This document shows positions 18,585 to 28,670 of a DNA stretch of 64,000 nt, one piece after another. Where the stretch lies: the NCBI GenBank assembly GCA_963843145.1, contig CAWJJC010000010.1, forward strand, positions 207,823 through 271,822, written 5' to 3'. Source of the stretch: an uncultured delta proteobacterium (GTDB taxonomy: Bacteria > Desulfobacterota > RBG-13-43-22). Each line of letters opens with the position of its first letter. The stretch's first letter is position 1. Under the pieces are notes generated by a model. It had not been told where the DNA came from and did not search any database. It saw only the letters and a program-made list of their open reading frames with translations. A program made the translations under genes and the position numbers.

Positions 18585-20783
18585 TTATTTGGCCTTGATA
18601 GCCGCCAGGATGCGATCGGGGGTCAGCGGGATACGCCGGACCCGCGCGCCCGAAGCCTTAAAGACGGCATTGGCCACAGCCGGGGCCAGCGGGGGCACCC
18701 CCGGTTCGCCGATCCCGCCGAGCGGTTCTTTGCTGTTGATCAGTTGAACGTCGATGTCAGGGACCTGGCTCATGCGGATAATCCCGTAGTCATCGAAATT
18801 GGCGGATTTCACCCCGCCGTTGGCAAAGAGCACCTCCTCCTGGAAGACCGTGCTCAGGGCGTTGATGATGGCTCCTTCGATCTGCCTGACCGTGTTGTCC
18901 GGGCTCACCGCCATGCCGCAGTCCACGGCCGCCACCACCCGGTTAACTTTCAAGGCGCCCGTTTTTTCATCTACCGAGACTTCAGCCGCCTGGGCCACAA
19001 AAGTCCCGAAGCAGTGGTGCTGGGCGATTCCCAATCCTCGCCCCTTGGGCAGGGACTTGCCCCAGCCGATCTTTTCCGCCGCCACCTGGAGGACCTTCTG
19101 GGCCCGGGGGCTGCCTTTCAGAAGCCCTAGGCGAAAAGCCAGAGGGTCCTTTTTGGCAGCCAGGGACAGTTCATCAATGAAGCTTTCCACCACAAAGGCG
19201 TTAGGGCCGTTCTGGACCGAGCGCCAGGGGCACACCGGTATGGGCAATTGGGAAATGAGGAACTCCAGATAAAAATCCGGGATCTCATAAAGGATCTTAT
19301 TCCCATCCGGGGAACCCGGAAAGTCTACCAGCCCCCAGAGGCTCATGATGTCGACGCCGTTTTGCACCGCCTTGGGTTCGATGCGCTGCATGAGCGAACC
19401 GGCCACGGCCTTATGGGACCAGCCGGCTAGATTACCCTGGCTGTCCAGACCGGCTTCAATTCGCTGGGTAGTAGCGGCTCGGAAGAGACCGAACTTGATG
19501 TCTTCTTCCCGGGACCAGACCACTTTTACCGGTTTGCCCAGGACTTTGGCGACAACAACCGCCTCGGCCACGAAATCCGGATCGGCCCGCCGTCCCAGTC
19601 CGCAGCCCATATTGGTAGTATGGATATTGATCTTCTCCGGAGGAAGCCCGGAAATCTGGGAGGCCACGATTTGAGCCACGGTCTGCCCCTGCGTTGGGGC
19701 CCAGACGTCGCATTGATCCTTGGTAACATGGGCCGTGCAGTTCATGGGCTCCATGGTGGTGTGGGCCACGTAAGGCACATAATAGGTGGCCTTGACCTTT
19801 TGGGCCGAGCCGGCCAAGGCCTTGGCCGCGTCGCCATTGGCGGCAACCTTGGAACCCGGCTTGTCCAAATCCTCCAGCAAAGATTTTTCAACAAAGGCAG
19901 TGTCCATTTGGGGCAGAGCGCCGCCGTCCCATTTCACCTTCAGGGCCTCCCGGCCTTTCCAGGCGGCCTCCAGGGTCTTGGCACAAACCGCGATACCCAT
20001 CGGGATCGAAGCCACCTTAACTACTCCCTTGACCATTCCCGCCGCTTTTTCATCAAAGGAGATCGGCTTGGCCCCATAAGCCGGGGGACGGGCAATCACG
20101 GCATAGTGCAGATCCGGCAGGTCCACATCCAGCCCGTATATCGCCTTGCCGCGCACCTTGGCGGGTATATCCAGCCTGGGCATCGCCTTCCCTATATATC
20201 GGAATTCGCTTTCCTTCTTAAGCGGAGCCGTTTTCGGGACGGGAAGTTTGGCGGCCTCGAGGCAGACCTGCCCGTAGGTCAGGCTACGCCCACTTTTCCC
20301 ATGTTTGACCTTCCCCAATTCGGCCTGGCATTCATTTTCCGGGACCTTCCAGCGGGCCGCGGCGGCTTGGACCAGCATGGTCCGTCCGGCGGCGCCGGCC
20401 TGGCGCAAGATATCATAAAAGCCCCGAACGCTGGAGCTGCCCACGGTGATCTGGAGTTTGTAAAAGGGATTGAAAAATTCCTTGGCAGCCGGACCCTGCT
20501 GAACCCGCACCTGCTTCCAGTCGGCCTCCAGTTCATCGGCGAGGATCATGGACAAGGTGGTATGGGTGCCCTGCCCCATCTCCGAGCTGCCGATGACCGT
20601 GGTCAGCACATTATCCGGAGTGATCTTATACCAAACGCTCGGATTGAACCCCTTCAAGGCCTTGGGGTCCTGGGAAGCGTTGAGTAGCCGGGTGCCCAGC
20701 GGTCCTACGGAAACGGCAATGGTCAGGCCGCCGGCGGCCAGGGAGCTTTTCAGAAACGTTCGACGAGTGATACTGGTACTCAT
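18585..20783 (-). CDS. iorB: Xanthine dehydrogenase family molybdopterin-binding subunit (isoquinoline 1-oxidoreductase beta-like), Tat signal
   Basis: TRRTFLK, SEMGQG, HTTMEPMNC, WRSV, GGIGEPGVPP.APA. Confidence 0.88.
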   Translation of the reverse strand: MSTSITRRTFLKSSLAAGGLTIAVSVGPLGTRLLNASQDPKALKGFNPSVWYKITPDNVLTTVIGSSEMGQGTHTTLSMILADELEADWKQVRVQQGPAAKEFFNPFYKLQITVGSSSVRGFYDILRQAGAAGRTMLVQAAAARWKVPENECQAELGKVKHGKSGRSLTYGQVCLEAAKLPVPKTAPLKKESEFRYIGKAMPRLDIPAKVRGKAIYGLDVDLPDLHYAVIARPPAYGAKPISFDEKAAGMVKGVVKVASIPMGIAVCAKTLEAAWKGREALKVKWDGGALPQMDTAFVEKSLLEDLDKPGSKVAANGDAAKALAGSAQKVKATYYVPYVAHTTMEPMNCTAHVTKDQCDVWAPTQGQTVAQIVASQISGLPPEKINIHTTNMGCGLGRRADPDFVAEAVVVAKVLGKPVKVVWSREEDIKFGLFRAATTQRIEAGLDSQGNLAGWSHKAVAGSLMQRIEPKAVQNGVDIMSLWGLVDFPGSPDGNKILYEIPDFYLEFLISQLPIPVCPWRSVQNGPNAFVVESFIDELSLAAKKDPLAFRLGLLKGSPRAQKVLQVAAEKIGWGKSLPKGRGLGIAQHHCFGTFVAQAAEVSVDEKTGALKVNRVVAAVDCGMAVSPDNTVRQIEGAIINALSTVFQEEVLFANGGVKSANFDDYGIIRMSQVPDIDVQLINSKEPLGGIGEPGVPPLAPAVANAVFKASGARVRRIPLTPDRILAAIKAK

Positions 20784-21247
20784 GATTTCCGGCCCTCCTT
20801 TCCTTTCAATTGGACGGCGGTCTGAATGCCCTTCTTGATCCGCGGGTAGGTCCCGCAGCGGCAGATGACATCATCCATCTGGGCGACGATTTTTTCGGGA
20901 TCGGGTTTCTTCTCTCCGTCCACGAGGGCGGCTACCTGCATTATTATCCCCGGCTGGCAATAGCCACATTGCACTACCTGTTCCTTAATCCAGGCCCTTT
21001 TCACCGGATGGTCCTCCGGCAGCCCCTCAATGGTGGTGATCTTTTTCCCTTGGGCCTCCTTCACCGGGATGGTGCAGGAACGTTCGGCCCGGCCGTCGAT
21101 CAGCACTGTGCAGTTCCCGCATTCCCCGATTCCGCAGCCGAACTTGGTCCCGGTCAACTTGAGGTTGTCCCGGATCACCCAGAGCAACGGCGTGTCCGGG
21201 GGAACATCGAGTTTGTGTTTTTTACCATTGACCTTGAGCGCAATCAC
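20780..21247 (-). CDS. iorA: [2Fe-2S] subunit (isoquinoline 1-oxidoreductase alpha-like)
   Basis: GTKFGCGIGECGNCTV, QCGYCQPG, CRCGTY; overlaps the iorB start. Confidence 0.9.
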   Translation of the reverse strand: MIALKVNGKKHKLDVPPDTPLLWVIRDNLKLTGTKFGCGIGECGNCTVLIDGRAERSCTIPVKEAQGKKITTIEGLPEDHPVKRAWIKEQVVQCGYCQPGIIMQVAALVDGEKKPDPEKIVAQMDDVICRCGTYPRIKKGIQTAVQLKGKEGRKS

Positions 21248-21299
21248 AATTTCCTCCTTTCTGCTAGTGGGTTGATGGGTTCATAGCGAATTCCAAACG

Positions 21300-21445
21300 G
21301 TCATCCTAAGCCCTTCGCCGGCCGTCATCCTGAGTCCCGCCGCGGGATAAACTCCGCGAAGGATCTTGTCTTCCGGCTTAGGGTAAACTTTGCAAAGAAG
21401 CTTACCAACTACCTTCTGCAGATTCTTCGCCTTCGCTCCTGATGA
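21300..21445. repeat. REP-like element (GTCATCCTGAG...GAAGGATCT / AGATTCTTCG family)
   Basis: Two GTCATCCT starts, CGAAGGATCT and a complementary AGATTCTTCG downstream. Confidence 0.55.
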
Positions 21446-21493
21446 TTGGAGTGCCTTGACGGTCCCCTGGTGAACTCCTCAGCAGCCGCCAAA

Positions 21494-21787
21494 TTAGATG
21501 GAGGCCAGTTCCTGCAAAATGGTTATTTCCGGCTTACCGGCCAACAGTTCGCCGGCCTTGGCGAAAAAGGCATTAAAATGAGGGGTGGAGGAATGAAACT
21601 TGAAGGCCTCCTTATCCCGGTAGCGTTCCATGACCACCAAAGTCTGCGGGGCGTCTTTGGAAACGTTCAAGGTGTAATACAAGGTGCCCTCCTCTTTGGC
21701 CACTTCGGCTACCAACTCTTTGAAGGCTTCCACGGCTTCGTTAAACTTGTCTTCTTTAATCGGGATTTTGGCAATTACAGCGACCAT
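21494..21787 (-). CDS. Antibiotic biosynthesis monooxygenase (ABM) family protein
   Basis: EEGTLYY, VMERYRDKEAFKFHSSTPHF; strong SD GGAGG. Confidence 0.88.
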   Translation of the reverse strand: MVAVIAKIPIKEDKFNEAVEAFKELVAEVAKEEGTLYYTLNVSKDAPQTLVVMERYRDKEAFKFHSSTPHFNAFFAKAGELLAGKPEITILQELASI

Positions 21788-21907
21788 CGACTGTCCTCCT
21801 TAAGAATTATTTTTGGTACCCATTCAGCTTTAGAAAAAGCGCGGACCCCTATCAGGTCGGCCAGAGATAGATGCTCAGGTTAAGAAAACCCTGGTCCCAG
21901 GGCTGGT

Positions 21908-22228
21908 TCAATCACAATTACCGGAAGAAATATCATCCCCGTCCAGTGTCCAGACGTTGTTAATTTTCTTAAAGGTCAACACCACTTTTTTTCTGGTATT
22001 AAAATGATAATTGCCGCACTGCCAGGTCAGGATCCGGTATTCCGTTCCCACTCCCACTACCGTGTATTGGGTATCGTAGTCGGCATTGTGGGAGATACCC
22101 GTGCCCTCCACGTGATACGTCACGTTTTTTTCCGATTTCGCGCCTGAATGGGAATAATCGCAACTCCAAAAACCGACTGCCATGAGAAGGATGAGCGCTA
22201 CGGTCCATCCGGTTTTTTTGATTCGCAT
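21908..22228 (-). CDS. Hypothetical lipoprotein
   Basis: Basic N-terminus, hydrophobic core, lipobox-like FWSC; SD AAGGAGG. Confidence 0.65.
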   Translation of the reverse strand: MRIKKTGWTVALILLMAVGFWSCDYSHSGAKSEKNVTYHVEGTGISHNADYDTQYTVVGVGTEYRILTWQCGNYHFNTRKKVVLTFKKINNVWTLDGDDISSGNCD

Positions 22229-22251
22229 AATCCCCTCCTTTCTTTAATCGA

Positions 22252-23370
22252 TTACCCCTGATCCAAGGCCGCGGATATTTCCTCCAGCACCAGACCCTCG
22301 CTTTTGGGCCGGATATCGTTTAAAGCCTTCCGGGCTTCCCGGCCGCCGATACGTCCCAGGGCCCAGGCGAGCATGCCCAACACTCTTTCGTCTTGATTCT
22401 CTTCCCAGGCCCGGATCAGCTCCGGGACATAGCGGTCGTCCAGGCTGTTGCCCATGACCCGGGCCACATTCATTTTCCACCGCCAAAGTTCTTTATCCGA
22501 CATGTAGAACATGTGGGGCCAGACGCGGGCGTTGAAGTAGGGAACATCCATGCGCAGCAATTTATCGAGCCCGAAGTCCTCCACCATGGCGGCCACCTTT
22601 TGATTGACCGGCAGCCCCTTGGCCAGCCAGGGAAGGTTCCGGGGACAGACATTCTGGCAATGGTCGCAGCCATAGACCCACAGGCCCATGGGCTCCCGTA
22701 GTTCTCGCGGAGTCAGCCCCTGCCCAAAATAAGTCAGATAAGAAATACACTTATAAGGATCGATGTGTCGGGGTCCCTTCAAGGCACCGGTGGGGCAGGC
22801 TACCAGGCAGGTGTTCCGGCACCACTCGGGACAGCCGACGGTCAAGGTCGGTTCGTCGGGTTCAAATTCCCGGTTGACCACCACCGCGATGGGCAGGACC
22901 CAGGAGCCCCGACCGACCAGTTGATTGGAATAAAACAGACAGTTTTTGCCGAAAGTTCCCAGGCCGGCCCGTGCCGCGGCCACCCGGTGGGGCAGGTGAA
23001 AGGGGATTTGGGCCTGAATGCCCTGGTCCCGAAGAAAGGAACGAAAGGCCTTGATCCTTTTGGCCAACCGGTCTTTGGTAACCCGGTCGTCATCCAGGTA
23101 ACAGCGGCCGAAATGACGTTCCAGGGCCGGGGGATAGGACTCTCTGAAATAGTCCTCCATCAAGACCAGGATGGACCGGGCATCGGGAAGGATATTTTTC
23201 GGGTCGGTCCCGGCCATCAAGTCCAGGCCCGATCGAAAGGCCCATTGGTATTCTTTAGCGCGTTCCCGCAGGATTTCCTGTTGGTGCAAAAAAGGATCGG
23301 CCGTGGTAACCCCGAGGGCTCCAAAACCACAATTCCGGGCCTGGGCCATAATATCATCTTTAGAAAGCAT
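22252..23370 (-). CDS. Epoxyqueuosine reductase (QueG)-like cobalamin/4Fe-4S protein with HEAT-like tail
   Basis: DP...LP.ARS, AARAGLGTFGKN, CPEWCRNTCLVACPTGA, KCISY, GCDHCQNVCP, AWALGRIG. Confidence 0.8.
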   Translation of the reverse strand: MLSKDDIMAQARNCGFGALGVTTADPFLHQQEILRERAKEYQWAFRSGLDLMAGTDPKNILPDARSILVLMEDYFRESYPPALERHFGRCYLDDDRVTKDRLAKRIKAFRSFLRDQGIQAQIPFHLPHRVAAARAGLGTFGKNCLFYSNQLVGRGSWVLPIAVVVNREFEPDEPTLTVGCPEWCRNTCLVACPTGALKGPRHIDPYKCISYLTYFGQGLTPRELREPMGLWVYGCDHCQNVCPRNLPWLAKGLPVNQKVAAMVEDFGLDKLLRMDVPYFNARVWPHMFYMSDKELWRWKMNVARVMGNSLDDRYVPELIRAWEENQDERVLGMLAWALGRIGGREARKALNDIRPKSEGLVLEEISAALDQG

Positions 23371-23592
23371 TTTCTTCGCCTCACAGAAAAAATGCGGCTA
23401 TAGTACCGCAGAAGAATCTTCCCGTCCAGACCTTTTGATAAGGCGCTGGCCTAAGCCCGACAAGAAGGAGCTGCCTCCCGGCACGCTAAGAAATCGCTTG
23501 CTATCCGGACCGGCATTTATCTAAAGTTAGGAAGCGGCCATATGGAAAGACGGTTAAGTCCGGACTGGTTGGGCATTCGGGGAGGCAGGTGG

Positions 23593-24828
23593 TTAGAAAA
23601 GGTTTACTGTGGCCTTAATCTGGCTCTTGACTAGAGGAATCAGATTGTCCCAGATGCTGTTGGGCAGGCTGAGCAAATCAACAGCATAGGTTAGTTGGGG
23701 TGAAACCAGGCGCTCACCGCTGCTTCCGCATCCTAAGGCGTTGGCCAGGTTGTCCGCGACAAAAATGATGGCCGCCTCGGATTCGAGCGGGCGGGACCAG
23801 GGAGGGTGATGACCGCCGAGGGCCTGTTCCAGGCCTACCGGGAGCTTCCACTGGTCGGCCAGGGCCTTTCCAACCTGGGTGTGATCAAAGCCGATCATAT
23901 CCCGCTCGGTCTGATAATAGAAACAATCAGAATGTCGGACCTGACGCAAAACGGCCTTGGCCGGCCCGGGCAGGTTCTTAAAAATAACGAGTTTCCCCAA
24001 GTCATGAAGCAGTCCGGCGACAAAAAATGATTCCAGATTAGGGAATTTGCGGACACCGGCGATCCAGCGGGCACAGGTTCCGCAGGCCACACTATGCTCC
24101 CAGAAAAGATTCATGTTCATCAGGCTGGACGGGATTTCTCGGAAAAGGGCCATCACCGAAGTCCCCAGGACCAGATCGTTGATCTGGTTTTGGCCCACTA
24201 TGGTGACGGCCCGGGAGACGGTGTCGATTTTCTGCCTGAACCCATAAAAAGCGCTGTTTACGATTTTAAGAAGCTTGGCGGAAAGATTCGGGTCCTGGCT
24301 GATGATGGCGGCTATATGCCTGGCGGAACTGTTGGGGTCCTTGATGACCTCTTCAATCCGGAGATAGATGTCCGGAAGGGACATGAGCTCGCTGTCCGAT
24401 TTGATGAGGGTTCGAGGGTCGCTGCTCCAATCGCGGCCTTCGGGATTCGACCCTTCTCCCGCGGATTGGTCTGCTTTCAAATCTCCGGCGCCAGACAAGG
24501 TTGACGGGGAGAATTCCGTTTCATCCTCTAAAGATTCGATCACCCGGTAGATTTCCCGAAAAACCGGATGTTCAAGGTCGCACTGGGAAAAAACGGTTGA
24601 CAGGCGATCCCTGTTTATCAAGGTCGGTGTCCCGGTCGTCGGAAGGGGCAGGAGCGGCGGATCGAGGCCGGGCGGCTGACAGCCTGAACGCTGTCCCGAA
24701 AGGAGATCCAAGATGGGTCAAGGCCCAAGGTCTTATCCTTCCTGATAGACAGCCGGACTTCCTTAAGGGGGAAATCCCCGGCCAATGCCTTTCCGGGATT
24801 GCGGGCCTGGATATTGATTCTAACCATG
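23593..24828 (-). CDS. HDOD domain signalling protein, apparent frameshift in the N-terminal region
   Basis: SLPDIY, QDPNLSAKLLKIVNSAFYG, FWEHS, GLLHDLGK, GFDH, HH.P; N-terminal MVRINI...PG..LA.D lies in another frame (ORF 24618..24836). Confidence 0.82.
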
Positions 24829-24997
24829 AGCGGCAATTCACCTCACCGGTTAAGAAGGAATAATGCTAACTATTTCTATTTAGCTGAATCATTTACCCTA
24901 GAGGAGAAGAAAAATCAAGTCACTTTTTTGTTTTTGTATTAGGCTATTGACCCGACATCCTCAGAATAGAAACGATTAGACGAGGGAGGGGGAACCC

Positions 24998-25843
24998 ATG
25001 ATCCTGAAAACAACTATTCTAGCCGAAGGTTTTCTCTTTCCAGAGGGGCCTCGCTGGCATGAGGGGAAGCTCTGGGTGTCCGACATGCAGAGCCATTGGG
25101 TGACGACCGTCGATCTTCAGGGGAAGACGGAAAAGATAGTCGAGGTTCCGGGTTCGCCCTCCGGCCTGGGCTGGCTCCCGGACGGCCGGTTGCTGGTCGT
25201 CTCCATGACCGATCGCCGCCTGCTGCGAATCGACCCGGAAGGACTGGCCGAGGCGGCCGATTTAAGCCGACTGGCTTCCTTTCACTGCAACGACATGGTG
25301 GTCGACCGGAAGGGGCGGGCCTATATCGGCAACTTTGGTTTTGATTTTGCGGTGGGGGCCCCCGTATCCCCGGCGGAGATCGTGCTGGTAACTCCGGAAG
25401 GCCGGGCCCGTCGGGTCGGCGAAGGACTCCTTTTCCCGAACGGAACCGTCATTACGCCGGACAACCACACCCTCATCGTAGCCGAGACTTTCGGACACCG
25501 CCTGACCGCCTTTGATCTTGAACCCGACGGCGCCCTTTACAACCGCCGGGTTTGGGCCGACCTGGAAGGGGCCTTTCCCGACGGCCTCTGCCTGGATGCC
25601 GAGGGGGCGATCTGGGTGGCTGCCCCGGAGCCCGGCGAAGTGCTGCGGGTCCGGGAAGGAGGAAAAATCACCGACCGGGTGAACGTTTCAACCAGGCCTT
25701 ATGCCTGCATGCTGGGCGGTCCGGAACGACGCACCCTCTTCGTCTGCACGGCGGAATCGGCCGTTCCGGGCCGCGGGCGGAAAGGGACCGGCGGACGGAT
25801 TGAAATGGTGGACGTCGATGTCCCCGGGGACGGGCTCCCTTAA
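24998..25843 (+). CDS. SMP-30/gluconolactonase/LRE family protein
   Basis: FPEGPRW, CNDMVVD, FPNG, PDGLCLDAEGAIW. Confidence 0.92.
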   Translation: MILKTTILAEGFLFPEGPRWHEGKLWVSDMQSHWVTTVDLQGKTEKIVEVPGSPSGLGWLPDGRLLVVSMTDRRLLRIDPEGLAEAADLSRLASFHCNDMVVDRKGRAYIGNFGFDFAVGAPVSPAEIVLVTPEGRARRVGEGLLFPNGTVITPDNHTLIVAETFGHRLTAFDLEPDGALYNRRVWADLEGAFPDGLCLDAEGAIWVAAPEPGEVLRVREGGKITDRVNVSTRPYACMLGGPERRTLFVCTAESAVPGRGRKGTGGRIEMVDVDVPGDGLP

Positions 25844-25936
25844 TTACCGGATTAGTGAAATAGGCGGGGCCATTCGTGCGGCCTTCGCTAACGCCAGGAA
25901 AAAGTTTGTCGATCGTATTCGCCTTCAGGAGGGATC

Positions 25937-26635
25937 ATGAGCGCACCTTTGATTTCCATTTCCTATTTGTTTGATTTTGAAAATAATAATGTCAAAACTT
26001 TTGAAGCCCTGTTGAGTGCCTCGACCTTGTCTCTGGTTCTCCCTGAATCCTATGAAATTCCATCCTGGGCCCATGCCTTTCGCTGCTCGCAATATTCCCC
26101 TGAAATCGCCGATAGCCATTGTTGCAGTATTTGTATCAATATCTCCCATCTGATTGAAGAATTCAAAACGTTCGATTCCGTTACCCCCTGCACGATTACC
26201 GTTCGCACCAAGGAGCGTAATTATACCCTGAAATCCAATGTCCAACGGGGCCTTTCCTCCATATTGGGTCTCTATATGGCTACCAGTGATTGCCCCTTCC
26301 TGAGCTTCTTGCGTCCTATGGCGCGATTCCATCTACCCTTTGCTTCAACGGAAGAAACCATCTTCCGTTCGGCAGGTTCCTATTTGATCGGACAGTATTT
26401 TAAGGCAAAAAAAAACAACCGGGCTGACTTTGAATTAGGCCAGTTACCGGCGACTTACAGCAAGGTTTCCAGAATCAATCGTGATATTATTCGACACTTG
26501 CGCAATAATTATTATACCCATGATGCTTATGCCAATGCCCTGGCCATTCTCGACAACTTTGCCCAGATGATCTCGGCGTTTCTTCCCGAAGAACTCGACG
26601 AGTTTGCTCCATTTTACGATCAAATCATAGAATGA
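25937..26635 (+). CDS. Conserved hypothetical protein (DUF6901-like)
   Basis: GL.MATSDCP.L..LRPMARFHLPFASTEET.FR...YL..QYF motif; visibly AT-richer than its flanks. Confidence 0.7.
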   Translation: MSAPLISISYLFDFENNNVKTFEALLSASTLSLVLPESYEIPSWAHAFRCSQYSPEIADSHCCSICINISHLIEEFKTFDSVTPCTITVRTKERNYTLKSNVQRGLSSILGLYMATSDCPFLSFLRPMARFHLPFASTEETIFRSAGSYLIGQYFKAKKNNRADFELGQLPATYSKVSRINRDIIRHLRNNYYTHDAYANALAILDNFAQMISAFLPEELDEFAPFYDQIIE

Positions 26636-26787
26636 TAGCCGATAATGCCCAGAAAAAGAGAACCGAAGATCATCGTCAGGGCAATCAAGATATGGAGAAC
26701 CTGCCTCCGGACGTAGGCCTTGATTGTCAATAGGGGCTGAGGATGACCCTCATACCTGGCTTGATCTTCCCTCTTTTTCGATCGAAC

Positions 26788-27594
26788 TCAATTCCCCTCG
26801 CTGGACTCTAATTCAAATCGGATCATGCCCACCGGAAGCTCCGTTTCGATTAAAATCGGGGTTTTCTTTCCATCGGTCGTATACCAGAGGTGTATCAGCC
26901 CCTCCCGATCTCCAAAGGTCGAGAAAAAGGTTTTCGAATCCAGCCGCACGGCCTCCACTTCTCCAAACATTTTCGACTGAACCATCTCCTTTGTGGAACG
27001 GAAGACGATCTGTCGCAACCTCAGGCCGTCAAAGATGGACATGGGGACATCTTGCCCAGGGAGCAGTGTTCCTTTTAAATAGAAGCGGGCAAATAGGGCG
27101 AGTGGATCATAGGTACCGGGCGGAAGGGGTATCCCCTGACTCTCTTTGGCCTCTTTGTTTTCCACTACCACCCTTTGATGGAGGAGGTCGAAGGTGAAGG
27201 TCTGGCGATAATGCTTCTCTTTAATTAAAATCCCCCCCTGATCAATCTCCTTCACACTCGTCACCGGTGTGTAGGTCCCGGCTTCCAGGGTTGACGTGAA
27301 GCGGTTGTTCATTCGAAATAGGGTTTCAAGGGAGGGGTTCGATTGGAAAATGGCCTGGACCCTAATCATGGGCCGTCCTCTTTCTAAGGACCATTCCTCC
27401 ATAATCCTAATAGTCGCCTTGAGAATTGAAACACCGAACTTGGTCGCGGTGTAATTAAAAACCTTCCCCTTCCCGGAATTAGGTTGGCAAATCGGCGCCG
27501 GTTCAGCGGCATAGGCTGAGATCCCTATCGATAAAATTCCAATAACGAAAAGAACTTTGACCCTTATTTTCCAACCCTCTGTTCTCTGATCCAT
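26788..27594 (-). CDS. Exported DUF3108-like protein
   Basis: Signal peptide (AYA/AE), YDPL, G.V.A, LWYTTD..KTP; start set at MDQRTEG. Confidence 0.7.
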   Translation of the reverse strand: MDQRTEGWKIRVKVLFVIGILSIGISAYAAEPAPICQPNSGKGKVFNYTATKFGVSILKATIRIMEEWSLERGRPMIRVQAIFQSNPSLETLFRMNNRFTSTLEAGTYTPVTSVKEIDQGGILIKEKHYRQTFTFDLLHQRVVVENKEAKESQGIPLPPGTYDPLALFARFYLKGTLLPGQDVPMSIFDGLRLRQIVFRSTKEMVQSKMFGEVEAVRLDSKTFFSTFGDREGLIHLWYTTDGKKTPILIETELPVGMIRFELESSEGN

Positions 27595-27742
27595 TTTTGA
27601 AGTCAGCGCTAGACCATGGCTATTCATTAGCGAGCGGAAGTTGCGACTCGGACTCCGCCGGGGTTGGCGAAAGTCCGAGCCGCGAGGTAGGAGTGACGGG
27701 CTGTTCAATACATCTTTAAGCAACCGGCTCGGTAGCCGGGCG

Positions 27743-27952
27743 CTAGGCGGGTCTTTTCCCCTCCGATGGTTTTTCTTCCTTTTGATTATCCCCGGAATCC
27801 TTTCCTTCCAGTCCCGTATCCTCCAGGCCCTTCTTAAAGCCCGTAATGGCCTGGCCTAAACTTTTCCCCAGACTGGGTAAATTTTTTGCTCCGAAGACGA
27901 AAAAGGCTATAATCAGAATAATAATTAACTCTTGATTCCCGATGCCGAACAT
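27743..27952 (-). CDS. tatA: Twin-arginine translocase subunit TatA/E
   Basis: MFGIGNQELIIILIIAFFVFGAKNLPSLGKSLGQAITGFKKG; SD AGGAGG. Confidence 0.93.
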   Translation of the reverse strand: MFGIGNQELIIILIIAFFVFGAKNLPSLGKSLGQAITGFKKGLEDTGLEGKDSGDNQKEEKPSEGKRPA

Positions 27953-28015
27953 GGGTGACCTCCTTTTGGAAGATAACGATTATTTTGGTAATGTGGATGA
28001 GGGAAGGGTGGTCTT

Positions 28016-28315
28016 TTAACAGCGAAGGACGGGCAGTCTTTGGAGTGGGTTAAGGTGGAAAGGAAGTTCAAGAAGACGACAACCGGCAATTAATAGAGAA
28101 ACAGAAAAAGGCAGAAAAATAAAGCCCTCCCCTGCCAAACTACTCAGCCCCCCCGCACCGGGGAAATCTTGGGCCGGATCCTCCAAGGCCAGGTTACCCT
28201 TAAGAATATCCGAGTCCAACAGGCCGAAGTATATGCCTAAAATAGGAGCAAGGGTTATCCAGAACAATAATAGGATAATCCCCACTTTCCCTTGAATTTT
28301 CGGCTCGATTTTCAT
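28016..28315 (-). CDS. Small membrane-anchored protein upstream of tatA, ending in VLRC
   Basis: N-terminal hydrophobic segment; stop 63 nt before the tatA start. Confidence 0.55.
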   Translation of the reverse strand: MKIEPKIQGKVGIILLLFWITLAPILGIYFGLLDSDILKGNLALEDPAQDFPGAGGLSSLAGEGFIFLPFSVSLLIAGCRLLELPFHLNPLQRLPVLRC

Positions 28316-28670
28316 GATCTACATCTCTATATAGCCTAATATAGCATTTTTTTTAATCAAGTCAAGAAAGCAGACCTGGCACCAGATTACAAGTAAATGA
28401 CGCAATTTCAAATAGAATTTTTAACGTTATCGAGAAACGGAACGACTAATAGATTATTCGGGACTCCGCGGGGAAGGTCCCTCCGGGGCAAAAACCAGTT
28501 TGCGGGCGATAACGATCCGGAAAGAAGAGAAAAAGCGTTATCTGAAGCCCTCGTTGACAATGAGCAGCTAATACCTTATCTTGTTAATGGATCTAAATTA
28601 ATTAGAATTTCCGCTAATTTCCAAAAATCGAGTCTGGGGCTCGGACACCAACCAGAGAAATAGGTAAATA

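Noticed and set aside
23400-23592. Cobalamin riboswitch upstream of the QueG-like gene
   Set aside because: No B12-box or GCCACTG consensus in the right arrangement on the minus strand.
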